Source: an uncultured Actinomycetota bacterium (GTDB lineage Bacteria; Actinomycetota; Thermoleophilia; RBG-16-64-13). Taken from it: 64,000 nucleotides of DNA. Each line of letters begins with the position of its first letter. The first letter of the stretch is position 1. Made by a program: the position numbers and the translations under genes. The DNA lies in NCBI GenBank assembly GCA_963783835.1, contig CAWAOX010000014.1:238614-302613 (forward strand), written 5' to 3'. Positions 28,363 through 36,459 of the stretch are shown piece after piece. The notes under the pieces are model-generated. The model worked only from the letters and a program-made list of their open reading frames with translations, did not search any database and was not told the DNA's origin.

Positions 28363-29627
28363 CGGGCAAACCAACACGGAGAAAGCCGAAGAACGGTCCG
28401 CCTGTATCACGACGCCGGGCTTCGGCAACCGGGTCGGCGGCCCACCCCCGGCGCTCGTCGACCTCGAGACCGCCGTCATCTCCGGGTCCATCGTCACCCC
28501 AGCGTCCGACACGTCGCGAGACCGCTACTCCACAAGCGCTGCTCGCCGCCTACCGTCCGGATCTCGCACAAGAGCTGGCGACCGCGGATGCGCCTTCGTT
28601 CCGGTACGCACAGGTGCTGGAGCACCTACTTCGCCATGCTGTAAGCCCATTCGCGGAGGCGAGCGTGCTGCCCGCGGACCTTCGGGGACGTCTGGACGCA
28701 TTGGGAGCCTCGGTCCTCTCCGTGGCGGCTACCCGAATAGGGACGGATGGTACGACCAAACTGCTACTCAGGGCCAGCGACGGATCTCACATCGAGTCGG
28801 TACTGATGCCCTACGGGCGCAGAGTGACGGTGTGCATCTCCAGCCAGGTCGGATGTGCCGTCGGCTGCGCGTTTTGCGCCACCGGCGCCATGGGATTCCG
28901 GCGCAATCTCTCGACGGCCGAGATCGTCGATCAAATGAGAGCGGCGGCGGGCGCCTCGGAGACAGGACAGCGGATCACCAACGTGGTCTACATGGGCATG
29001 GGTGAACCGTTGCTCAACCTGGGCACGGTCCTCGATTCCATCCGCGTGCTCACCTCCCCGCTTGGACTAGGCTTGGGGCATCGAGCTCTCTCGGTGTCCA
29101 CTGTCGGGATCCCAAGAGGCATATTGAGGCTGGGCCGCGCGGAGCCGCAGGTGAACCTCGCGATCTCGCTGCACGCCGCGGACGACGCGACCCGGGCGCT
29201 CCTTGTCCCCGAGGGTTACCGCCACCCACTCGCGGAGATTCTCGAGGCGGCCTGGGAGCACTTCGCGACCACAGGCCGTAAGCTTCTCGTAGAGTATGTC
29301 CTCCTCGCGGGGGTGAACGACTCGCTCGACGACGCGCGCCGCCTGGCGGCCCTTCTGCGGGGGCATGTCGTGGCGGTCAACCTCTTGAACTGGAACCCGG
29401 TCTGCCCAGAAGAGGTGGCGTCGGTCGCGGCCCCGGGGGGAACTGCGCGGAGGACGCCGGTGCGCAGTAGGCGCTTCTACCCTTCGTCACCCGCTGCGGT
29501 TGCCACGTTCCGCGCGGCTTTGCGGGCGGCCCATATCGAGACCGTCGTCAGGCAGAGCAAAGGAGCCGGCATCGAGGCGGCATGCGGTCAGCTGGCCGGC
29601 GCCGTCGGGTCGTACGAAAAGGATTAA
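28359..29627 (+). CDS. rlmN: 23S rRNA (adenine2503-C2)-methyltransferase RlmN-family radical SAM enzyme with ~55-aa R/S/P-rich N-terminal extension
   Basis: 'CISSQVGCAVGCAFCATGAMGFRRNLSTAEIVDQ' (CX3CX2C) and 'VYMGMGEPLLN'; GTG start overlaps DUF62 stop (GTGA); true start may lie downstream. Confidence 0.8.
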   Translation: MTGKPTRRKPKNGPPVSRRRASATGSAAHPRRSSTSRPPSSPGPSSPQRPTRRETATPQALLAAYRPDLAQELATADAPSFRYAQVLEHLLRHAVSPFAEASVLPADLRGRLDALGASVLSVAATRIGTDGTTKLLLRASDGSHIESVLMPYGRRVTVCISSQVGCAVGCAFCATGAMGFRRNLSTAEIVDQMRAAAGASETGQRITNVVYMGMGEPLLNLGTVLDSIRVLTSPLGLGLGHRALSVSTVGIPRGILRLGRAEPQVNLAISLHAADDATRALLVPEGYRHPLAEILEAAWEHFATTGRKLLVEYVLLAGVNDSLDDARRLAALLRGHVVAVNLLNWNPVCPEEVASVAAPGGTARRTPVRSRRFYPSSPAAVATFRAALRAAHIETVVRQSKGAGIEAACGQLAGAVGSYEKD

Positions 29628-29651
29628 GACGGCTTCTTTGCCGCGATGCCT

Positions 29652-29700
29652 GGCCATTGGGCCGTGCCGCCGAGATACCCGCCGGCGCCGCCCAATGGCC
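29652..29700. terminator. bidirectional terminator-like hairpin: perfect 11-bp inverted repeat GGCCATTGGGC/GCCCAATGGCC with 27-nt GC-rich loop
   Basis: Seen directly between convergent rlmN (ends 29627) and cobO (ends 29787). Confidence 0.45.
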
Positions 29701-29786
29701 GCCAGAGCCGTCGAGAGGGCCGCTAAGTCGCGCTATGGCATGATGGTATTGCCAAACGTCACGCCTCTCGTGGCGCATCACCCAAA

Positions 29787-30305
29787 TCAGTACTCGATTC
29801 CCTTCTTGGCCATGACTCCGTCATCAAAAGCGTGCTTCACGCTGCGCATTTCCGTCACGGTGTCGGCCGCGTCGATGAGCTCGGGGGCTGCGTCTCGCCC
29901 CGTGATGATGACGGACAGGCGGCTCGGCTTCGACCCGAGGAAGTCGAGTATCTCTTCAACAGAGACGTACCCCTCCGTGACCGCGTGATTCAGTTCATCC
30001 AGGATCAGAAGCTCATAGCGGTCGGAGGCCGCGAGCTCGCGGGAGAGTTCCCAGGCCTCGCGGGCAAGCGCCTGGGGTATCGACGGGTCATCGGCCAACC
30101 ACGTGAAGCCAGACCCGATCCGCCGCATCTCGATGTTCGGGCAATCCGCGAGTGCTACCGCTTCTCCGCAGCTCCAGGTGCCTTTGATGAACTGGACGAT
30201 CGCGACCTGTTGGCCGTGTCCAGACGCTCGTAATGCGGTGCCAAAAGCCGCCGTCGTCTTGCCTTTGCCATCCCCGGTGTTGACAATGATCCGCCCGTTG
30301 CTCAT
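29787..30305 (-). CDS. cobO: cob(I)yrinic acid a,c-diamide (corrinoid) adenosyltransferase
   Basis: 'IIVNTGDGKGKTTAAFGTALRASGHG...IVQFIKG', 'LILDELN' fit the CobO/BtuR family; start placed at internal Met 'MSNGRIIV' (30305) rather than ORF start 30404. Confidence 0.8.
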   Translation of the reverse strand: MSNGRIIVNTGDGKGKTTAAFGTALRASGHGQQVAIVQFIKGTWSCGEAVALADCPNIEMRRIGSGFTWLADDPSIPQALAREAWELSRELAASDRYELLILDELNHAVTEGYVSVEEILDFLGSKPSRLSVIITGRDAAPELIDAADTVTEMRSVKHAFDDGVMAKKGIEY

Positions 30306-30315
30306 CGTCTTCGAT

Positions 30316-30705
30316 CTATGGAACGCTCGGGGGCGGCTGCGGGGGAACCAACCGGCTGTTCGATAGTTGCCCGAGCAAGATGCCCACAGAGCCCGGTGCC
30401 GCAAGCAGCGCCAGCATCACGTCGGGGGTGAAGGGCGCAAAGACCACGGTGAGCCCTTCGAATTCGATGCTCATGGTGTCCAGAGAGCCGGCCTTCACCT
30501 GCTGCCCGAAGCGTTGTGCGCTCGCGACGGTGTCGATCGCCAGAGCGGCGATGCTCGCCACGTCCACTCCCTCGCGGGCCATGCTGCTGACGATCAGGCC
30601 TTGGTCCGACACCAGGAGGGCCGCCTCGATACCCGGGATGGCGAGATACCCTCCCAGTGCTTGCTTGAGCGGGTCCGTCCCCGCCTGCCGGTCGTCCCCA
30701 GTCAT
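30316..30705 (-). CDS. Roadblock/LC7 (MglB-like) domain protein
   Basis: 'GIEAALLVSDQGLIVSS...ASIAALAIDTVASAQRF...LDTMSIEFEGLTVVFAPF' matches the Roadblock/LC7 fold. Confidence 0.7.
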   Translation of the reverse strand: MTGDDRQAGTDPLKQALGGYLAIPGIEAALLVSDQGLIVSSMAREGVDVASIAALAIDTVASAQRFGQQVKAGSLDTMSIEFEGLTVVFAPFTPDVMLALLAAPGSVGILLGQLSNSRLVPPQPPPSVP

Positions 30706-31065
30706 TCAGCTCACCTCTTCGATGCCCGCTCTAAGAAGTTGCAGCCGTATCAGCTGCGCGGAACGCTCGGCTTCCGCTGCTTGACGATAACCTATCTGGA
30801 GTCCCTGCGCGAGCCCCGCAAGCTCGGATACGAACATCCCGGTGCGGGCGAGGGCTCGCTCCGGGTCCTGGCTGGGTGCAGTGGGCCCGGCAAACCCCGC
30901 AGACCCAGAATCCGCGCTCCCACGCAACTCTCCGTCCGGCCAACTGATGATCGTGTCGCCCGACAAGAAGAGACTGTTGGTCTCCGCCATGGTGAGGCCG
31001 ACCCTCACGGTCACCAGATGCTCACCCGCACCCGGATGAAGACTGTGGGTGACGGAGAAGCCCAA
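30706..31065 (-). CDS. hypothetical small protein packed between SIMPL and Roadblock genes
   Basis: ORF only; stop directly abuts Roadblock ATG; no recognisable motifs; start may instead be the internal Met at 30990. Confidence 0.4.
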   Translation of the reverse strand: MGFSVTHSLHPGAGEHLVTVRVGLTMAETNSLFLSGDTIISWPDGELRGSADSGSAGFAGPTAPSQDPERALARTGMFVSELAGLAQGLQIGYRQAAEAERSAQLIRLQLLRAGIEEVS

Positions 31066-31075
31066 CGCCGGAGGA

Positions 31076-31918
31076 TTAACGCTTCAGCGCGTAGGTGACG
31101 GTGACCGTAGCGGTAACGTCCAGACTTCCGCCGCTTACCGGTGGCTCCACGACCTTTGCCGAATCGGTAGCTCCACCCATCGCGTACATGGGCGATACCG
31201 GCATTTGGACGGTCCCCTCGGTCATGGCCAGGACCTCGCCAACGCCGGCTCCCTCCGCGGCGGCCAAGCTTTCCGCCTTGGCCCGCGCGTTGACTGCTGC
31301 CTGCGTGAGGGCATCGTTCACGGCCTGGCTATCGTCCCTCAACCGCCACTCCGGCCCGGACACCTGCGTCGCGCCGGTCTCGACGCCCGCGGCCAGGACC
31401 TTTGCCACGGCGGGGGCGTCCTTGAGGGTGACTCTGATACTGTTCTGCGCCCGATATCCGGTTAGGGTCTCTTTGCCCGTGGTGGGATCGTACGTCCGGA
31501 CGGGATAGACCGTGATGCTTGACGTCTGGATAGCCGATTCCGGGATGCCGTCGCTCTTCAGCCGATCGAGCATCTTCTGGCTCTGCAGCGACGTAGCGTC
31601 CATCGCCGCGGGGGCGGTGGCTGCATCGTTTTCGACGGTCAGCACTACGACTGCCTCGTCGGGAGGGCTGGTCACCGTCGCCTGACCGCTGACGGTTACC
31701 GTATTGGCAGGCCCCGCGGCCGACAGTACCGCGGCCGCAGTGGCTGGGCTCGACAAATCGCCCCCGCAACCGGCTAGCGCCACCGACACTGCGACCAGCG
31801 CCAGAACCAGGCCCGCGTAGACGAGGGTCTTGTGTTTGGTGGCGCCGGCAGAACGGGGCTCCCCTCCCGAATACTGCCGCACGTCACCGCTTGCCCCTGT
31901 TCTACCTCTCATGTGCAC
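31076..31918 (-). CDS. SIMPL-domain (DUF541) lipoprotein
   Basis: Signal peptide with lipobox 'LAGCGG'; SIMPL-like pattern 'TVSGQATV...VVLTVEN...ITVYPVRTYD...GYRAQNSIRVTL'. Confidence 0.7.
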   Translation of the reverse strand: MHMRGRTGASGDVRQYSGGEPRSAGATKHKTLVYAGLVLALVAVSVALAGCGGDLSSPATAAAVLSAAGPANTVTVSGQATVTSPPDEAVVVLTVENDAATAPAAMDATSLQSQKMLDRLKSDGIPESAIQTSSITVYPVRTYDPTTGKETLTGYRAQNSIRVTLKDAPAVAKVLAAGVETGATQVSGPEWRLRDDSQAVNDALTQAAVNARAKAESLAAAEGAGVGEVLAMTEGTVQMPVSPMYAMGGATDSAKVVEPPVSGGSLDVTATVTVTYALKR

Positions 31919-32000
31919 CCCTCTCAGAGACAGCTATACAGGCCGGTACGACGCCGGGCCGGCCGCGCCCGGTTCCAGCCGGTGACTGGAGACAAGCTCA

Positions 32001-32894
32001 TCAGTGCAGCCGTTCGAGCAGGCGCGCCAGCTCATCCGCATCCTTGAACGGCAGTTCGATCACACCGCCGGCTCCCTTGCTACGGATCTTCGGTACAACA
32101 CCGAGCAAGCTGAAGAAGGAGTCCCGTATCTGATCAAGCACGTCAACGGGTATGTTCGACCGGATGGTTCGCTTGCCGGCGGACGCAGTTTCGGATCGCC
32201 GCCGCACCTCTTCCTCCACTTGGCGGACCGAGAGACCCCTCTCCGCGATGCGCCGCGCCAGCCTCACCTGGTCCCCTCGTCCCTCAAGGCTCAGGAGAGC
32301 CCGGGCGTGCCCCTCTGTCAAAGTCCCGCTGGCAAGGGACTCCTGGATGGGAGCCGGGAGGTCGAGAAGGCGGATCTTGTTGGCGATCGCGGAGCGGCTC
32401 TTTCCGACCCGCGCCGCCAGCTTCTCCTGCGTGACCCCCAGATCCTCGAGCAGTACCTTGAGGGCAAACGCCTCGTCGATCGCATTGAGCTGCTGACGCA
32501 CCACGTTCTCGACCAGGGCCAGCTCAAGGCTCTCCACGTCGGAGGCTGACCGGATAATGGCCGGTATCGCGGTGAAGCCCGCCTGCTGAGCCGCGCGCCA
32601 CCGCCGCTCACCGGCAATCAATTCGTAACCGTCCTCGGCTCTGCGGACGATCACCGGCTGGACCACCCCGACCGACGCTATGGAAGTCGCCAACTCCTCA
32701 AGAGCTGCTGGGTCGAAGGCACGCCGGGGCTGCCGCGGGTTACGGCGGATAGCCGAGACGGGAAGCTCTACAACCCCGGTCGCGGCGTCGGTCGACGAAG
32801 CTGACGAGGATCCGATCCCCTCGAGGTATTCCTCGCCGCCTTCCTCTCCGAGCAATGCGGCCAGTCCTCTTCCGAGAGGGGGCTTCTTAGCCAT
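32001..32894 (-). CDS. parB: chromosome partitioning protein ParB
   Basis: 'GLGRGLAALL', ParB box 'QPVIVRR...YELIAGERRWRAAQ', HTH region. Confidence 0.9.
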   Translation of the reverse strand: MAKKPPLGRGLAALLGEEGGEEYLEGIGSSSASSTDAATGVVELPVSAIRRNPRQPRRAFDPAALEELATSIASVGVVQPVIVRRAEDGYELIAGERRWRAAQQAGFTAIPAIIRSASDVESLELALVENVVRQQLNAIDEAFALKVLLEDLGVTQEKLAARVGKSRSAIANKIRLLDLPAPIQESLASGTLTEGHARALLSLEGRGDQVRLARRIAERGLSVRQVEEEVRRRSETASAGKRTIRSNIPVDVLDQIRDSFFSLLGVVPKIRSKGAGGVIELPFKDADELARLLERLH

Positions 32895-33675
32895 TGCTGA
32901 TCACCTCCAATGCGAGATCGAAATACGCGTCTGAGCCCACACAGCGGGGATCAAGTATGGAAACAGGTATGCCATGGCTGGGCGCTTCCGCCAGGCGTAC
33001 GTTCCGGGGAACGACCGTTTTGAAGGTCAGCGCGGGGAAGTGAGCACGGATGTCCTGCTCGACCTGCCGGGCAAGACCGGTCCGAAGGTCCACCATGGTC
33101 AGTACCAACCCCGCTACGCGAAGCGCCGGGTTGAGACGCTCTCTTATCCCCGATATGGTCGACAGGAGCTGCGCGAGCCCTTCCATCGCGTAGTACTCGG
33201 CCTGAACGGGGATGAGGACGGAGTGGGCGGCGACCAGGGCGTTGACCGTGAGGAGCCCCAACGACGGCGGGCAATCGATGAAGACGAAGGAATAGCGGCC
33301 TGATTCGAGAGAGGCCACGGCGCTCTTGAGCCGGAATTCGCGGTTCTCAAGGGAGGGCAGCAGCACACCCGCGCCGACCATGTCCGAGGAGGAGGGAGCG
33401 ATGTCAAGCCCTGTGACCGACGAAGGGCGTATCACGGAACTCAGGGACTGCTCGCCAAGCAGGACGTCCAGAATGGCCGGCTGGCCGGGGGGTATTCGGA
33501 CGCCAAGCCCGTGGGAGGCGTTCGCTTGCGAGTCCATGTCGACCAGGAGCACATGCTCCCCAGCCTGTGCGAGACTCGCGGCAAGATTGATAGCAGTCGT
33601 CGTCTTGCCGACCCCGCCCTTCTGATTTGCTATCGCGTAGATCAGGACAGCATCCTCTCCAGCGCTATTCCCCAA
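32887..33675 (-). CDS. parA: chromosome partitioning ATPase ParA (Soj)
   Basis: Deviant Walker A 'IANQKGGVGKTTTAINLA', 'LVDMDSQANAS'. Confidence 0.9.
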   Translation of the reverse strand: MGNSAGEDAVLIYAIANQKGGVGKTTTAINLAASLAQAGEHVLLVDMDSQANASHGLGVRIPPGQPAILDVLLGEQSLSSVIRPSSVTGLDIAPSSSDMVGAGVLLPSLENREFRLKSAVASLESGRYSFVFIDCPPSLGLLTVNALVAAHSVLIPVQAEYYAMEGLAQLLSTISGIRERLNPALRVAGLVLTMVDLRTGLARQVEQDIRAHFPALTFKTVVPRNVRLAEAPSHGIPVSILDPRCVGSDAYFDLALEVISNG

Positions 33676-34366
33676 GCGGCCGACGGGCGGCCGTCCCTGC
33701 CTGCCGCGGGAACGATGGAGGGGTCACCCTCTCCTTCCTCGCCAGGTATACCCGGCGATTCTCCGCTCCCGCGAATGGTTCCAGTTTGACCGATTCCAGC
33801 CCGCCTCCGCCCAGTATAGCGAGCGCCTTCTCGGCTTGAATACGCTCTTGGTCGGATATCGCGCCCTTCATGGCGATCATCGTGCCCCCGTGCTCGAGGA
33901 GCGGGAAGGAGTATTCGGCTACAACGGAGCATGCGGCGAGCGCCCTCGACACAACGACGTCGTGCGCCACGCGCCCGGCTTCCCGCCCGTAGTCCTCGAC
34001 TCTCGCGCAACGGACCTCGACGTTTTGTAGTCCCATCGCGTCCGCGGCCTGCTTGATGAAGCGGCATTTCTTCTGCTGAGACTCGACCGCGGTGACCCTC
34101 GCGGACGGAAGCGCAAGAGCAAGCACTAGCCCGGGCAGGCCCGCCCCAGAGCCAAGGTCGGCGAGCCGCTCCGCCGAGCGGACCACCGCAAGATCCAGCA
34201 GGGCAAGACAGTCCAGAAAATGGAAGCGCTCGATCGCCTCGGGCTCCCTGATGCTCGTCACGTTGAAGCCTGCGCCGAGTAGGAGATCGCCGAACGTGCT
34301 CAAGCGGGTGATGGCTTCGGCGCCAAGACCTCTCTCCGCGTAGGCCTGTGACTGTGTCAACTCCAC
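33665..34366 (-). CDS. rsmG: 16S rRNA (guanine527-N7)-methyltransferase RsmG (GidB)
   Basis: 'FHFLDCLAL...LADLGSGAGLPGLVLALA' SAM-binding motif; conserved position next to parA. Confidence 0.85.
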   Translation of the reverse strand: MELTQSQAYAERGLGAEAITRLSTFGDLLLGAGFNVTSIREPEAIERFHFLDCLALLDLAVVRSAERLADLGSGAGLPGLVLALALPSARVTAVESQQKKCRFIKQAADAMGLQNVEVRCARVEDYGREAGRVAHDVVVSRALAACSVVAEYSFPLLEHGGTMIAMKGAISDQERIQAEKALAILGGGGLESVKLEPFAGAENRRVYLARKERVTPPSFPRQAGTAARRPLGE

Positions 34367-34392
34367 GGGCGGGGTTCCGCTTCTTGCCCGGC

Positions 34393-36459
34393 TCAGCTGT
34401 CGGGAGCCGGGGTTCGGCCGGCAGCGGGGGCCCGGTCAGCAGCAGGGGCCCGGTCGGACAACGGTGCCGACCCGGCGGCCTGGGCCCCCTCGGGGTTCGG
34501 AGATTCCTCTCCCCGCCCGTCGTTCGGCTGGGACCGCAGGGACCGGTAGAGGTGCACCAGAAGGACGGATATATCAGCGGGAGAGACCCCGGGCACCCGC
34601 GAGGCTTGTCCCAGGGTCGCCGGCCGCAACCGGCTCAGCTTGTCCTTGGCTTCGTATGTCAACCCCTCGAGAGGCCAGTACTCGAAATCGTCCGGGACTG
34701 GAAGAGTCTCGGTGGCACGATGGCGTCGGATCTCGGCGAGTTGCCGGCGAATGTACCCCTCGTACCGCGCCTGGATGGCCAACTGCTCCACTACGTCTGA
34801 AGGAGCCGACGAGATGCGCGCGCGATCGTCGTCGGATAGCATCTGCAGCAGGTCCTCGAACGAGACCTGAGGCCGGCGCAGGAGCCTTCCCGCGGATTGC
34901 GACTCTTCCAGGCGGGTGGTGCCGAGAGACTCGAGCAGATTCTGGCTCTCCTCGCCGCCCCGCACCTGGATACTCTCCAGCAATTCCGTGTATTCCGCCA
35001 GCTTGCGCTGCTTCTCTTCTACCATCTCGAGCTGGCCCGGTGTCAGAAGACCGAGTTCGTAGCCGAGCGAGGCCAGGCGCTCCGCGGCGTTGTCGTGGCG
35101 CAAGATGAGCCGGTACTCGGCACGAGAAGTGAACATCCGGTAGGGCTCGTCCACTCCCTTTGTCACGAGATCATCGATCAACACGCCGATGTACGCCTGG
35201 TCCCGGCGAAGGACGAACGGGGCCTCTTCGCGCGCATGAAGGGCCGCATTGATGCCCGCCATCAGCCCCTGGGCCGCGGCTTCCTCGTAGCCCGACGTCC
35301 CGTTGAGTTGCCCCGCGCAGAACAGCCCGGCCACCGCCTTAGTCTGGAGCGCAAGAGTGAGTTGTTGCGGCGGAAGATAGTCATATTCCACTGCGTATCC
35401 AGGACGGACCAGACGGGCGTTTTCGAGACCAGGAGTCGCTTTGATGATCTTCTCCTGGACAAAGACGGGCAGACTGGTGGTGAGCCCTTGCAGATACATC
35501 TCCCGGGTCGTGATCCCCTCGGGCTCGACGAACACCGGGTGCTGGTCCTTTTCCGGGAAGTTGATCAACTTCCGGTCGATGGAGGGACAGTATCGTGGAC
35601 CTTTGCCGCTCACAGAGCCGGTGCGTAGCGGGCTGAGATGGAGATGTTTGGAAACCACTTCGTGCGTAGCCGCAGTCGTGTGGGTCAAAAAGCAGGGGAC
35701 CTGACGGCGCGGAGCCGGAGTCTCCCAGTGTGAGAAGGACAAGGCGACCGAATCTCCCTCCTGGAGAATCATCCGCTCAGCATTGATGGTCGTCCCATCG
35801 ATGCGCGGTGGCGTCGCCGACTGAAAACGATCCAACTCCAACCCTGCGGCAAGAAGGCTTTCGGACAGACGGAGAGCAGGTAGTTCCCCCACCCGCCCCG
35901 CGGCGAAACTGCGGTCCCCGATCACAATCTTGCCCCGGAGAAAGGTGCCCGTCGCGAGGACGAGTGAGCGGCACTTGAGGTGCCGGCCGTCGGCAAGCCC
36001 GACCGCTCTGATTGTTTCACGTGAAACATCAAGGGCGACTGCTTCTCCCTGAACGATGTCCAGATTGGCCGTTCTTGACAGGATCACCTTCATCCAGTCT
36101 TCGTACAAGCGCTTGTCGGCCTGAGCCCGAAGCGCCCGGACCGCGGGGCCCTTGGAGGTATTGAGCATCTTGAGTTGGATGAACGCGCGGTCCGTGTTGC
36201 GCCCTTGTTCGCCCCCCAGCGCGTCCACCTCGCGCGTAAGTTGCCCCTTACCGACGCCCCCGACGGCCGGATTGCACGGCATCAGCGCGATGTTGTCAAG
36301 GTGCAGCGTGACCATCGCGGTCCGGCAACCCATCCGGGCGGCTGCGAGAGCCGCCTCGCAGCCGGCGTGGCCGCCACCGATGACCACCACGTCGTACGAC
36401 CACGTGTCTTGCCTCGAACCCGGATGTCTTCTTGCCGCTACCGCGCTCACGCGCCGCAT
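34393..36459 (-). CDS. mnmG: tRNA uridine-5-carboxymethylaminomethyl modification enzyme MnmG (GidA) with S/P/A-rich C-terminal tail
   Basis: 'YDVVVIGGGHAGCEAALAAARMG', 'MPCNPAVGGVGKGQLTREVDALGG', 'GLFCAGQLNGTSGYEEAAAQGLMAGINAA'. Confidence 0.9.
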   Translation of the reverse strand: MRRVSAVAARRHPGSRQDTWSYDVVVIGGGHAGCEAALAAARMGCRTAMVTLHLDNIALMPCNPAVGGVGKGQLTREVDALGGEQGRNTDRAFIQLKMLNTSKGPAVRALRAQADKRLYEDWMKVILSRTANLDIVQGEAVALDVSRETIRAVGLADGRHLKCRSLVLATGTFLRGKIVIGDRSFAAGRVGELPALRLSESLLAAGLELDRFQSATPPRIDGTTINAERMILQEGDSVALSFSHWETPAPRRQVPCFLTHTTAATHEVVSKHLHLSPLRTGSVSGKGPRYCPSIDRKLINFPEKDQHPVFVEPEGITTREMYLQGLTTSLPVFVQEKIIKATPGLENARLVRPGYAVEYDYLPPQQLTLALQTKAVAGLFCAGQLNGTSGYEEAAAQGLMAGINAALHAREEAPFVLRRDQAYIGVLIDDLVTKGVDEPYRMFTSRAEYRLILRHDNAAERLASLGYELGLLTPGQLEMVEEKQRKLAEYTELLESIQVRGGEESQNLLESLGTTRLEESQSAGRLLRRPQVSFEDLLQMLSDDDRARISSAPSDVVEQLAIQARYEGYIRRQLAEIRRHRATETLPVPDDFEYWPLEGLTYEAKDKLSRLRPATLGQASRVPGVSPADISVLLVHLYRSLRSQPNDGRGEESPNPEGAQAAGSAPLSDRAPAADRAPAAGRTPAPDS

